Assembly (NCBI GenBank): GCA_963833985.1
Contig: CAWIAD010000002.1
Span: 1,536,001-1,600,000, forward strand
Direction of reading: 5' to 3'
DNA length: 64,000 nucleotides
Source of the DNA: an uncultured Planctomycetaceae bacterium
GTDB lineage: Bacteria > Planctomycetota > Planctomycetia > Isosphaerales > Isosphaeraceae
Position 1 is the stretch's first letter; each line of letters opens with the position of its first letter. A program made the position numbers and the translations under genes. This document shows, in pieces, positions 52,798-62,559 of this stretch. The notes under the pieces were generated by a model. That model was not told the DNA's origin and made no database searches. It saw nothing but the letters and a program-made list of their open reading frames with translations.

Positions 52798-53275
52798 ACG
52801 ACTCATGCACCTCTTCAAAGCGGCGGATTGTGTCATCATGGTGACACCCTGCGCAGGCCAATGCGCATGCGTGCGAACCATGGCACGCGGCAGATGCCAG
52901 CCGGAATTGACCTGGACGCGGGCGCAGGATAGGGCGGGCCGGTGCGAGCGACCGGGGCGGTTGTCTTCATATGCGTGTTGGTATGAGAATTGCCCTGAAG
53001 ACAGCACCGAGATCGGTTGTCGGTGTCCCGACTCGCCGGTTCGGTGGTGAGATGTCATAGGTGAATGAAGCTTCATCTGAGACCAGGAGAACGAGGATGA
53101 CCTGGGCGCCGGGGCACAAGCGCGTGTCGTCTCCAGGCCCAACTGTAGGTCGCTACAGCCAGGTCAAACCAGCAGGGACGGATCACAACTGCCATTCCTG
53201 AACCAAGATCCGTTCGTCACTCGTTCCTGTTCGCGATTCACACGAGATTTCAGGTCGATACAAGGGGCGATCACG

Positions 53276-54397
53276 ATGGCATTGCACCGTCTCGGGGAGC
53301 GGTCTCCCCGTCGTGTCGCGATTCTCCGCGCCTTGCAGCTCGGCGATATGCTCTGCGCCGTCCCTGCGCTGCGGGCCATCCGCGCCGCGTTGCCGGACGC
53401 GGCGCTTGTGCTCATCGGCCTTCCCTGGGCACGCGCTTTCGTTCAAAGATATTCCATTTATCTCGATGAATTCCGAGAGTTTCCCGGCTATCCGGGCCTT
53501 CCCGAGCGGCCGCCCCGGCCCGACCTGATTCCGCCCTTCCTCCAGGAAATGCAGTCCGAGAGCTTCGACCTCATTATCCAGATGCACGGGAGTGGAACGA
53601 TCACCAACCCGTTGACGGTCCTCATGGGCGCGGTGATGACCGCTGGCTTTTACCAGCCCGGCGGTTACCGCCCCGATCCGGAGCGTTATCTGCCCTATCC
53701 GGAAACGGGCCTGGAGATCGATCGGCTGCTGGCGCTCGTGGAGTTTCTGGGCATCCCCGCACAGGGAACGGAGCTGGAATTCCCGCTCACACCGGCAGAC
53801 CACGCCCGGCTGGAGACGGTCCCCCATGCCAGCGAGCTGGAACCCGGGCGGTACGTCTGCGTGCACGTTGGCGCCAGCACCGCGGCGCGGCGGTGGCAGC
53901 CGGAATATTTTGCCAGGGTTGCCGACTGGCTCCTGGAACGCGGGCTGACGGTCGTGCTCACGGGAACTGCCGCCGAGGCCGGGCTGACCGCCGAGGTTGA
54001 GAACCAGGTCTCCGGTCACGTGATCAATCTGGCCGGGGCCACCGACCTGGGGAGCCTGGGGCAACTTCTGAGCCGGGCGGCCATGCTGGTCTGCAATGAC
54101 ACCGGCGTGTCCCATCTGGCCGACGCGCTGCGGGTGCCCAGCGTGGTGATCTCCACCGCAGATCACCCCGCGCGGTGGGCCCCGCGTGACACGAGCAGGC
54201 ATCGGGTGCTCTGCCGGGCGGAGACGGTGCCCGTGCAGGACGTGATCGAGCAGGTAAGCCTGATCCTCTCCCATCATCGCGAACGCACCGCGGCAGGCTC
54301 TTCGGGCAAGCAGGCGGCCCTGTCCGCCCCGGCCAGCGCTGGCTTCCCAGCGCGCCGCTCTTGCGGCCGCTGGGTCACGGAGACCATATCCCCATGA
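53276..54397 (+). CDS. Glycosyltransferase family 9 (heptosyltransferase-like)
   Basis: RALQLGDMLCAVPALRA, HVGAS..ARRW, NDTGVSHLA. Confidence 0.92.
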   Translation: MALHRLGERSPRRVAILRALQLGDMLCAVPALRAIRAALPDAALVLIGLPWARAFVQRYSIYLDEFREFPGYPGLPERPPRPDLIPPFLQEMQSESFDLIIQMHGSGTITNPLTVLMGAVMTAGFYQPGGYRPDPERYLPYPETGLEIDRLLALVEFLGIPAQGTELEFPLTPADHARLETVPHASELEPGRYVCVHVGASTAARRWQPEYFARVADWLLERGLTVVLTGTAAEAGLTAEVENQVSGHVINLAGATDLGSLGQLLSRAAMLVCNDTGVSHLADALRVPSVVISTADHPARWAPRDTSRHRVLCRAETVPVQDVIEQVSLILSHHRERTAAGSSGKQAALSAPASAGFPARRSCGRWVTETISP

Positions 54398-55385
54398 GAC
54401 CCTTACGAATCCTGACCTGGCACGTTCATGGAAACTATCTCTACTACCTCTCGCACTGCGGGCAGGAGCTGTACTTGCCCGTACGTCCCGGGCGGCCCGA
54501 GGGCCATGGAGGCCGCGGCACCAGCTTCCCCTGGGCCGACAACGTCATCGACGTCCCGGCCGAGGCCGTCGCCTCCATGGACTTTGACTGCGTGCTCTTC
54601 CAGTCCCGGCGCAACTACTGCCAGGACCAGCACGAGCTGCTCTCGAAATCCCAGCGCAGGCTGCCGCGGATCTACGTTGAGCATGACCCTCCCCGCGAAC
54701 ATCCGACCGACACGCGGCACCCCGTGGATGATCCGAATGTCCTGCTGGTACACGTGACTCATTTCAACAACCTGATGTGGAATAGCGGCCGCACGCCGAC
54801 CCGCGTCATCGAGCACGGGGTCGTCGTGCCCCCGAACGTGCATTACCGGGGCGACATCGCCCGCGGTCTCGTGGTCATCAATAATCTTCAGTCCCGGGGC
54901 CGCCGGCTGGGTGCCGATCTCTTTGAGCGCGTGCGCGACCATGTGCCGCTGGATCTGGTGGGGATGGAATCCAAGGCGCTGGGCGGTCTGGGAGAGGTCC
55001 CGCCGCCGGAGCTGCCGGCCTTCGCCGCACGCTACCGGTTCTTCTTCAATCCGATCCGCTACACCAGCCTGGGGCTGGCCGTGTGTGAGGCAATGATGAT
55101 CGGCATGCCGGTCATTGGACTGGCAACCACGGAGATGGTCACGGTGGTGGAGAGCGGGGTCTCGGGATACCTGGACACCGCGGTCGAGCCACTGGTGGAG
55201 AAGATGCGCGAGCTGCTGAACGATCCCGCCGAGGCCCGTGCCCTGGGCAGGTTGCGCGCCGCCACGCGGAGCGGCGCTTCGCCATCAGCCGGTTCGCGCT
55301 TGACTGGAATGACGCATTCGGGCTGGTGACCGGCAAGAAAGCCGGCACGGAAGTGCCTTTGATCACCGGGAGAGCCGCATCATGA
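54394..55385 (+). CDS. Glycosyltransferase family 4; frameshift near 55252
   Basis: LTWHVHGNYL, EHDPPR, NPIRYTSLGLAVCEAM. The corrected frame (ARRHAERRFAISRFALDWNDAF) ends at a TGA overlapping the next ATG. Confidence 0.88.
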
Positions 55386-57316
55386 GACGGCGCGTTGCAC
55401 TGATCAGCGAGCACGCCTCGCCCCTGGCCGTGCTTGGGGGTGTGGACAGCGGCGGGCAGAATGTCTATGTCGGCCAGGTGGCCACTCACCTGGCGGAGCT
55501 GGGCTATGAGGTGGACGTCTTCACGCGCCGCGACGACCGCCTGTTGCCGCGGTTCGTGGACTGGACCCCGGGAGTGCGCATCGTCCACGTGCCGGCGGGT
55601 CCTGCCGCGCCGGTTCGCAAGGAGGCGATGCTCGGCCTCATGGGCCCGTTCACCGACTTCCTCTGCCGCACTTTCCGCCGCCAGCCATACGACCTTTGCC
55701 ACGCGAACTTCTTCATGTCTGGTCTGGTGGCGGCCGAACTCAAGAAGCTGCTCGGAACGCCCTTTGTCGTCACCTTCCACGCCCTGGGCCGGGTGCGCCG
55801 GCTGCATCAGAAGGAAGCCGACGGCTTTCCCGCCGAGCGGCTGGCGATCGAGCAGCGGATCATCGCCGAGGCCGACCGGATCATCGCCGAATGTCCCCAG
55901 GACGAGGAAGACCTGATCCGCCACTATGACGCCGATCCCGAAAAGATCTCCATCGTGCCGTGCGGCTTCGACCCCGGCGAGTTCTGGCCGGTCGACCGGA
56001 CCGTCGCGCGCCAGGAGCTGGGCCTGGACCCGCGTGAGCCGATCATATTGCAGCTTGGCAGGATGGTGCCACGGAAGGGGGTCGAGACCGTGGTCCGTGG
56101 CCTGGCGCGGCTGCGCGGCAGCCATAACATCGAGGCGCGGCTGCTGGTGGTCGGCGGCGAATCCGACGACGCCGATCCGCGCATCACGCCGGAGATCGGC
56201 CGGCTGCAAGCCATCGCCACTGAGGAGGGAGTGGCCTCGCAGGTGACCTTCCTGGGCAGGCGCGGTCGCGATCAACTCAAGTATTACTACAGCGCGGCCG
56301 ACATCTTCGTCACCACTCCCTGGTACGAGCCGTTCGGCATCACTCCGGTGGAGGCGATGGCCTGCGGTACCCCGGTCGTGGGCTCGAACGTCGGTGGCAT
56401 CAAGTTCACGGTGCGCGATGGCGAGAGCGGCTATCTTGTACCGCCCAACGACCCCGAGTCCCTCGCCGAGCGGATCGCGCACCTGTACTTGAACCCCAAG
56501 CTTCTGGGAGTGCTCAGCCGGCAAGCCGTGCGACGTGCCAACGACCTGTTCACCTGGCAGCGCGTCACGGGGGCCGTGGCCGACCTCTACGAGGAAGTCC
56601 TTTCGGCGAGCCAGCCGTGCCGGAGCGACGAGGCGGGCGACCTGGCCGTCATCGACGACTCGTTCGACGACATGCTGGAGACGCTCCAGGAATCGCGCCG
56701 GCGCCTCAGGCCCTCGGTGCTTGCCGTGGCCGAGCTGCTCTGGTCGTCGCTGGCCCGCGATGGCAAGGTGCTGGTGTGCGGCCCGGGCAGAGACGAGATT
56801 GCAGCGCGGCAACTCGCCGCCGAGCTGATCGGCCTGCATCGCGTGATGGGCCGGTCCGGACTGCCTGCCATGGCACTAGACCGGGATGGCGCGGCGATCG
56901 GGCTGGAGCCGGAGTCCATGCCGGGCGGATCCATGCTCGCCAGACAAATCGAGGCGCTGGGACGGCCCGGTGACGTCCTGATCGGCCTGTGCAGCGACCC
57001 GGCACACTGCGTGGAGATCGTCCGGGCCACCCAGTCGGCACGGTCCTGCGGACTGGTCAGCGCGGCGATCCTGGGGGGCGGATGCGAACTCGCTGGCAAC
57101 CCGCCGGACGTGCTGGTTCCAGTCCCCTGTGATCACCCGCACCAGGTGCGCCCGATGCTGTTCATGATCATTCATCTGCTCTGCAAGCTGCTTGCCGAGC
57201 GGAGCAGCCGCCGGCGCCCGCCCGTCCACCGCGGTAGGTCCACCTCGCGCACGACCTGGGAGCTGCGCGTGGTGGGCAGCAGCCGGCGCGATGCTCCGCG
57301 GGTCGCGGCGCGCTAG
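55382..57316 (+). CDS. MshA-like GT4 glycosyltransferase fused to a degenerate GmhA-like SIS domain
   Basis: HASPLA.LGG.DSGGQNVYV, RKG, YEPFGITPVEAMACG. C-terminal GKVLVCG...AAELIG...RQIEALGRPGDVLIG. Confidence 0.88.
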   Translation: MRRRVALISEHASPLAVLGGVDSGGQNVYVGQVATHLAELGYEVDVFTRRDDRLLPRFVDWTPGVRIVHVPAGPAAPVRKEAMLGLMGPFTDFLCRTFRRQPYDLCHANFFMSGLVAAELKKLLGTPFVVTFHALGRVRRLHQKEADGFPAERLAIEQRIIAEADRIIAECPQDEEDLIRHYDADPEKISIVPCGFDPGEFWPVDRTVARQELGLDPREPIILQLGRMVPRKGVETVVRGLARLRGSHNIEARLLVVGGESDDADPRITPEIGRLQAIATEEGVASQVTFLGRRGRDQLKYYYSAADIFVTTPWYEPFGITPVEAMACGTPVVGSNVGGIKFTVRDGESGYLVPPNDPESLAERIAHLYLNPKLLGVLSRQAVRRANDLFTWQRVTGAVADLYEEVLSASQPCRSDEAGDLAVIDDSFDDMLETLQESRRRLRPSVLAVAELLWSSLARDGKVLVCGPGRDEIAARQLAAELIGLHRVMGRSGLPAMALDRDGAAIGLEPESMPGGSMLARQIEALGRPGDVLIGLCSDPAHCVEIVRATQSARSCGLVSAAILGGGCELAGNPPDVLVPVPCDHPHQVRPMLFMIIHLLCKLLAERSSRRRPPVHRGRSTSRTTWELRVVGSSRRDAPRVAAR

Positions 57317-57386
57317 CCAGGCAAGCATCGACCGGACGTCATCCAGGTTCCGGGTTCGTTTCGTCACCCGAGGGGAGAACGCTTCC

Positions 57387-58112
57387 GTGGAGAAACTGCA
57401 TGGCAAGGTCGCCCTGGTCACGGGGGGCGGGGGCGGCCTGGGGGCGGCCCTCTGCCAGACCCTGGCCTCGGCCGGGGCAAATGTGATCGCGGCCGATGTG
57501 AATCGCGAGCGCTGCGAGGCGGTCAGTGCCGGCGTGCGGGCTGCCGGCGGCCAGTGCATCGCGGCGCGACTCGACGTCACGGCGGAGCAAGACGTCGACC
57601 GGCTCATCGATCAGCTCGTCGCCGAGTACTGCACACTCGACATCCTGGTGAACAACGCCGGCGTGGACGTGACCGCACCGGCCGATGAGCTCTCCGTCGC
57701 ACAGTGGGACAGGATCCTGGGTGTCAATCTGCGGGGTCCATTCCTCATGTCGCGAAAAGCGATCGAGGTCATGCGCAAGCAAAAATCTGGCCACATCGTG
57801 AACATCGTCTCGACGGCGGCCAAGCGCGCCTGGGCCAACGCCTCGGCCTACCATGCCAGCAAGTGGGGCCTGCTGGGCTTGAGCCACGCCCTGCACGTCG
57901 AGGCCCGGCCCCACCAGGTGAAGGTGACCGCCGTCATCGCCGGCGGCATGCGCACGCCGTTCTTGACCGACCGATTCCCCGACCTCGACCCCGGAGTGCT
58001 ACAGGATCCGCGGAACGTCGCGGACACCGTCCGCTTCGTCCTGGAAATGCCGGCGGAGAGCGTCGTCCCCGAGATCATGGTCATTCCCATGCGCGAGACC
58101 TCGTGGCCCTGA
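57387..58112 (+). CDS. SDR-family oxidoreductase
   Basis: GTG start after GGGGAG, TGGGGGLG, VNNAG, YHASKWG. Confidence 0.92.
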   Translation: MEKLHGKVALVTGGGGGLGAALCQTLASAGANVIAADVNRERCEAVSAGVRAAGGQCIAARLDVTAEQDVDRLIDQLVAEYCTLDILVNNAGVDVTAPADELSVAQWDRILGVNLRGPFLMSRKAIEVMRKQKSGHIVNIVSTAAKRAWANASAYHASKWGLLGLSHALHVEARPHQVKVTAVIAGGMRTPFLTDRFPDLDPGVLQDPRNVADTVRFVLEMPAESVVPEIMVIPMRETSWP

Positions 58113-58116
58113 GCCC

Positions 58117-58692
58117 ATGAACAACGCATGCATATTTCTGGATAAAGACGGGACGCTCGTGGAAGACGTTCCGTACAACGTGGACCCGGCTCGGATCTGC
58201 CTGTCGCCCGGGGCTGCGGAGGGGCTGTCCTTGCTGCGCACCGCCGGCTTCCGGCTGATCGTGGTTTCCAACCAGTCGGGCGTGGCGCTGGGCCGGTTCC
58301 CGGAATCCGCCCTTCAGGGAGTCAAGGCGCGGCTCGAGGAGCTGCTGGGAGCATCTGGCGTGGCTCTCGACGGATTCTACTACTGCCCGCATCATCCCGA
58401 GGCGTCTGTTCCGGGCTACCGCGCGGCCTGCGGCTGTCGCAAGCCGCACCCGGGCCTGATCACCCGCGCCGCAGCGGAGCACGCGATCGACCTAGAGAGA
58501 TCCTACTTCGTGGGCGACATCCTCGACGACGTCGAGGCAGGCCGGCGCTCCGGCTGCCGCACGGTGCTGATTGATAACGGCCATGAGACCGTGTGGCGGC
58601 GCTCGCCCCTGCGCTGGCCCGACCACGTTGCACCGGACCTGCACGCGGCCGCGCTGCGGATCCTGGCCGAGGCCGGGAGTCCCTTGCAATGA
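58117..58692 (+). CDS. gmhB: HAD-family D,D-heptose 1,7-bisphosphate phosphatase
   Basis: FLDKDGTL, VSNQSG, CPHHP...CGCRKP, VGD..DD. Confidence 0.88.
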   Translation: MNNACIFLDKDGTLVEDVPYNVDPARICLSPGAAEGLSLLRTAGFRLIVVSNQSGVALGRFPESALQGVKARLEELLGASGVALDGFYYCPHHPEASVPGYRAACGCRKPHPGLITRAAAEHAIDLERSYFVGDILDDVEAGRRSGCRTVLIDNGHETVWRRSPLRWPDHVAPDLHAAALRILAEAGSPLQ

Positions 58693-59855
58693 GCACAGCA
58701 GCCGGCTGGAGCACGGCCGAGACGATCCTTGCCGTGCGGCTCGACGCGCTCGGCGATGTGCTCATGACCACCCCCGCGCTGCGGGCACTCAAGGAGGCAC
58801 GGCCCGGCCGGCGGCTCACCCTGCTGACCTCGCCGGCCGGCGCCGAGGCCGCGGCGCTGGTGCCGTTCGTGGATGCGGTGATTGCCTATGAGGCCCCCTG
58901 GATCAAGGCCACTCCGCCCCGGGCGAGCAGCCAGGCCGACCTTGCCCTGATCGAGCGCCTGGCGGCGGCGCACTTTGACGCGGCGGTCATCTTCACGGTC
59001 TATAGCCAGAACCCCTTGCCCGCGGCCATGGTCTGCATGCTGGCCGAGATCCCCTTGCGGCTGGCGCACTGCCGCGAGAACCCGTACCAGCTTCTCACCC
59101 ACTGGGTTCGCGACCCGGAACCCGAACAGCTCGTCCGCCACGAGGTGCGCCGGCAGCTCGACCTGGTTCGAAACGTCGGCTGCTCGGTGAGCGACGAGCG
59201 CATGGCCATCCAGGTGCCTGCGGGTGCCGTCAAGCGCGTCCGGTCGAGGCTACGGGAACTGGGACTCAACCTCCGCCGGCCCTGGGTGGTCATTCATCCC
59301 GGCGGCACGGCGCCGTCGCGGCGCTATCCGCCACAGCTCTTCGCCCAAGCGGCACGGCAGCTTGTCGTGCAAAGCGATGTGCAGCTTGTCTTCACGGGCA
59401 ATGGCAGCGAGCAGGCCCAGGTGGACGAGATCCGCGGCGCGATGGGCGCTCCCTCGATCTCGCTCGCCGGGGAGCTCGGGCTGGGCGAGCTGGCGGGGCT
59501 CCTCTCGCTGGCACCGTTGCTGCTTGCGAACAACACCGGGCCGGTGCACATCGCAGCCGCGGCAGGCACTCCTGTCGTCGACCTGTACGCCCTGACAAAC
59601 CCTCAGCACACGCCCTGGCAGGTGCCGCAGCGCGTGCTCAACCATGATGTCCCCTGCAAGTATTGCTACAAGAGCATCTGCCCCGAGGGGCATCACCACT
59701 GCCTGACCCTGGTTCCACCGGAGGCGGTCGCGGAGGCCGTCCTGTCACTTCTGAGCGAAATCGGCAGGCCGGCAGACGGCCGCGTGGTCGCTGCACCGAT
59801 CAAACCGTCGGGAATCGTCTCCGAGCCATCCACTATCCGAGCGAGGTCTCTGTAG
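58689..59855 (+). CDS. Glycosyltransferase family 9 (heptosyltransferase II-like)
   Basis: RLDALGDVLMTTPALRA, HPGG.APSRRY, NNTGPVHIAAA, C..CYKS.CP..HH.CL. Confidence 0.9.
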   Translation: MSTAAGWSTAETILAVRLDALGDVLMTTPALRALKEARPGRRLTLLTSPAGAEAAALVPFVDAVIAYEAPWIKATPPRASSQADLALIERLAAAHFDAAVIFTVYSQNPLPAAMVCMLAEIPLRLAHCRENPYQLLTHWVRDPEPEQLVRHEVRRQLDLVRNVGCSVSDERMAIQVPAGAVKRVRSRLRELGLNLRRPWVVIHPGGTAPSRRYPPQLFAQAARQLVVQSDVQLVFTGNGSEQAQVDEIRGAMGAPSISLAGELGLGELAGLLSLAPLLLANNTGPVHIAAAAGTPVVDLYALTNPQHTPWQVPQRVLNHDVPCKYCYKSICPEGHHHCLTLVPPEAVAEAVLSLLSEIGRPADGRVVAAPIKPSGIVSEPSTIRARSL

Positions 59856-59857
59856 CC

Positions 59858-61575
59858 ATGCACACCCTGGGCATCAACGCGGTCTATCACGATTCGGCGG
59901 CCTGCCTGGTCCGTGACGGCATCGTGGTCGCGGCCGCCGAGGAAGAGCGGTTCACGCATCGCAAGCACGCCAAGCGGCCCGTCCCCTTCTCCACCTGGGA
60001 ACTCCCCTTCCACGCGATCGACTACTGCCTGAAGGAAGCCGGGATCCATCTCATCGACGTCGATCACGTGGCCTACTCCTATGATCCGAACTTGTTCACC
60101 GCCGGCTACCAGAACAACGCGACGATCACGCTGCCGCTGGAGCCCAGCGCTCACCCGGTTTCCGCAGAGTGGGAAGCCGCGTGGGACCCGCTGTTTCTCT
60201 CCTCGATCGTCAATGCGCCCGGCAGCTTGCGGACGGCGCGCCGCATCATTTGAGGGAGCGCTTTCGCGGCGCCCGGCCCGATGGCCCGTACCGCTGGAAC
60301 TACGTGGCGCACCACCTGGCGCACGCGGTCAGCGCGTTCCACGCCTCGCCCTTCGACCACGCAGCGATCCTCACGCTCGACGGCCGCGGTGAGCGGGCCA
60401 CCACGGGCTATGCCACCGGTGACGGCAACGCGCTCTCCTGGCTGGGCCAGGTCGACATGCCCCACTCGCTGGGCATCCTGTACGAACAGATCACCACTCA
60501 CCTGGGGTTTCTTCACTCGTCCGACGAGTACAAGGTGATGGCCCTGGCCTCCTACGGCAAGCCGGCATTCCTGGCGGCATTCCGCGAGATCGTTCAGGTT
60601 CGAGAAAACGGGCAGTACACGATTGGACCGCTGGCGCTCGAGGAGCGGTTCGGGCCGGCGAGGCAGCGCGGCGAACCGTTCGAGCAGCTCCACTTTGACA
60701 TCGCGCACTCGCTTCAGGTGGTTCTCGAGGAGACCGTGCTCGACCTGGCGCGGTGGCTGCATCAGGCCACGGGACGCCGCAATCTCTGCATGGCCGGCGG
60801 AGTGGCCCTGAACTGCGTGTTGAACGCGCGGCTTCGTGATCGCGGCCATTTTCGACGCATCTGGGTGCAGCCGGCGGCAGGCGACGCCGGGACCGCGCTG
60901 GGCGCTGCGCTCTGGATCGACGCCGCCCAGCGCGGTGGCGACCAGCGCCCTTACCGCATGGATCACGCGTTTCTGGGCCCGTCCTACAGCGACGACGAGA
61001 TCGAGGCGTTCCTGCGCTGGTCCAAGCTGCCGTACCGCCGGATGAGTAACGTGGCGGCCGAGACGGCCGCACTGCTGGCGCACGACCAGGTCATCGGCTG
61101 GTTCCAGGGACGCATGGAGTTCGGGCCCCGGGCCCTGGGGGCGCGGTCGATCCTCGCCTCGCCGATCCACGCCGAGATGCAGGCCAGGCTCAACGACATC
61201 AAGGACCGCGAGGACTTCCGGCCGGTCGCTCCGGTGGTTCTCGAGGAGGAGGCGGGGAACTGGTTCGTCGACGCGGGCGTCTCGCCGTTCATGCTGTTCG
61301 TACATGACGTCCGCCCGGAAAAGGCCGATCGGATTCCGGCGGTCCGGCATGTGGATGGCACGGCACGGATCCAGACCATCAACCGCGCTCAGAACCCGCG
61401 CTATTACGACCTGCTGCGTGCATTTCACGAGCGGACGGGCGTGCCCGTGCTGGTCAACACCTCATTCAACACACGCGGTGAGCCCATCGTGTGCACGCCG
61501 CGCGACGCTGTCGAATCGTTCTGGACATCGCCCCTGGACGCGCTGGCCATCGGCTCGTTCCTGGTGCAGAAGTGA
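59858..61575 (+). CDS. NodU/CmcH-family O-carbamoyltransferase; frameshift near 60219
   Basis: LGIN..YHDSAA, EEERF.H.K, HHLAHA.SAF, DGRGE, EYKVMALA, AGGVALN, EFGPRALG.RS, REDFRP, HVDGTAR.QT, NTSFN. Confidence 0.93.
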
Positions 61576-61596
61576 TGCGGGCGGGGAGACCGGCTC

Positions 61597-62559
61597 ATGC
61601 GTGTCTCGATTGTGGTTCCCACGTTCCGGCGGCCCGAGTTGCTGGACCGCTGCGTGGCGGCACTCATCGCTGCGGATTTCGACGTGAACGACTACGAGAT
61701 CCTCATCGCCGACGACGCCGCCAGCACCGAGACCCGTGCCCAGGTGGAAGGGTGGAAGCACCCTGATGGTCCCCCGGTGCGATACATACCGGTGCGGGGC
61801 GCACACGGACCGGCCGCGGCCCGCAATGCCGGCTGGCGTGCCGCCCGTGGCGCCGTCATCGCGTTCACCGACGACGACTGCATCCCCGACTCAGGGTGGC
61901 TCAGGGCCGGGACCCGCGCCTTCGGCCCGGACGTCTGGGCCGTCACCGGCCGCGTGGTCGTACCGCTCCCGCCTTTCCCGACGGACTACCAGCGCGACGC
62001 GGCCGGACTGGAACGCGGGGAATTCGTCACGGCCAACTGCTTCGTGCAGCGTACCGCGCTGGAAGCGGTCGGCGGTTTCGACGAGCGTTTTGCCGCCGCC
62101 TGGCGCGAGGATAGCGATCTGCACTTCACCCTGCTGGCTCATGGCGGGCGCATCGTCCGGGCCGAGCACGCCGTCGTCGTGCACCCGGTCCGTCCGGCGC
62201 GGTGGGGCGTCAGCCTCACCCAGCAGCGCAAGAGCCTCTTCAACGCGCTGCTCTACAAGAAGCATCCGCGGCTGTACCGGCTGCGGATCAGGAGCGGGCC
62301 GCCCTGGGGTTACTACGCAAGCTGCACCGCGCTGGGGGTCGCCATTCTCTGTGCGGCGGCGCGCCTGCCGCTGGCGACGGGGGTTGCCCTGGCTGCCTGG
62401 CTTGTGCTCACGCTCCGCTTCTGCCTGCGCCGGCTCGCCGGCACAAGCCTTGCCGCTGGCCACGTCGCGGAGATGGCTGTGACCTCGGCCCTGATCCCTC
62501 CGCTCTCCGTCTTCTGGCGGCTCTACGGCGCGTGCCGGTTCCGTGTGCTTTTTCTCTAG
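61597..62559 (+). CDS. Glycosyltransferase family 2 with C-terminal membrane segments
   Basis: VSIVVPT, GPAAARN, AFTDDDC, GGFDERF, REDSDL. The stop TAG is part of the CTAG at 62556-62559. Confidence 0.92.
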   Translation: MRVSIVVPTFRRPELLDRCVAALIAADFDVNDYEILIADDAASTETRAQVEGWKHPDGPPVRYIPVRGAHGPAAARNAGWRAARGAVIAFTDDDCIPDSGWLRAGTRAFGPDVWAVTGRVVVPLPPFPTDYQRDAAGLERGEFVTANCFVQRTALEAVGGFDERFAAAWREDSDLHFTLLAHGGRIVRAEHAVVVHPVRPARWGVSLTQQRKSLFNALLYKKHPRLYRLRIRSGPPWGYYASCTALGVAILCAAARLPLATGVALAAWLVLTLRFCLRRLAGTSLAAGHVAEMAVTSALIPPLSVFWRLYGACRFRVLFL

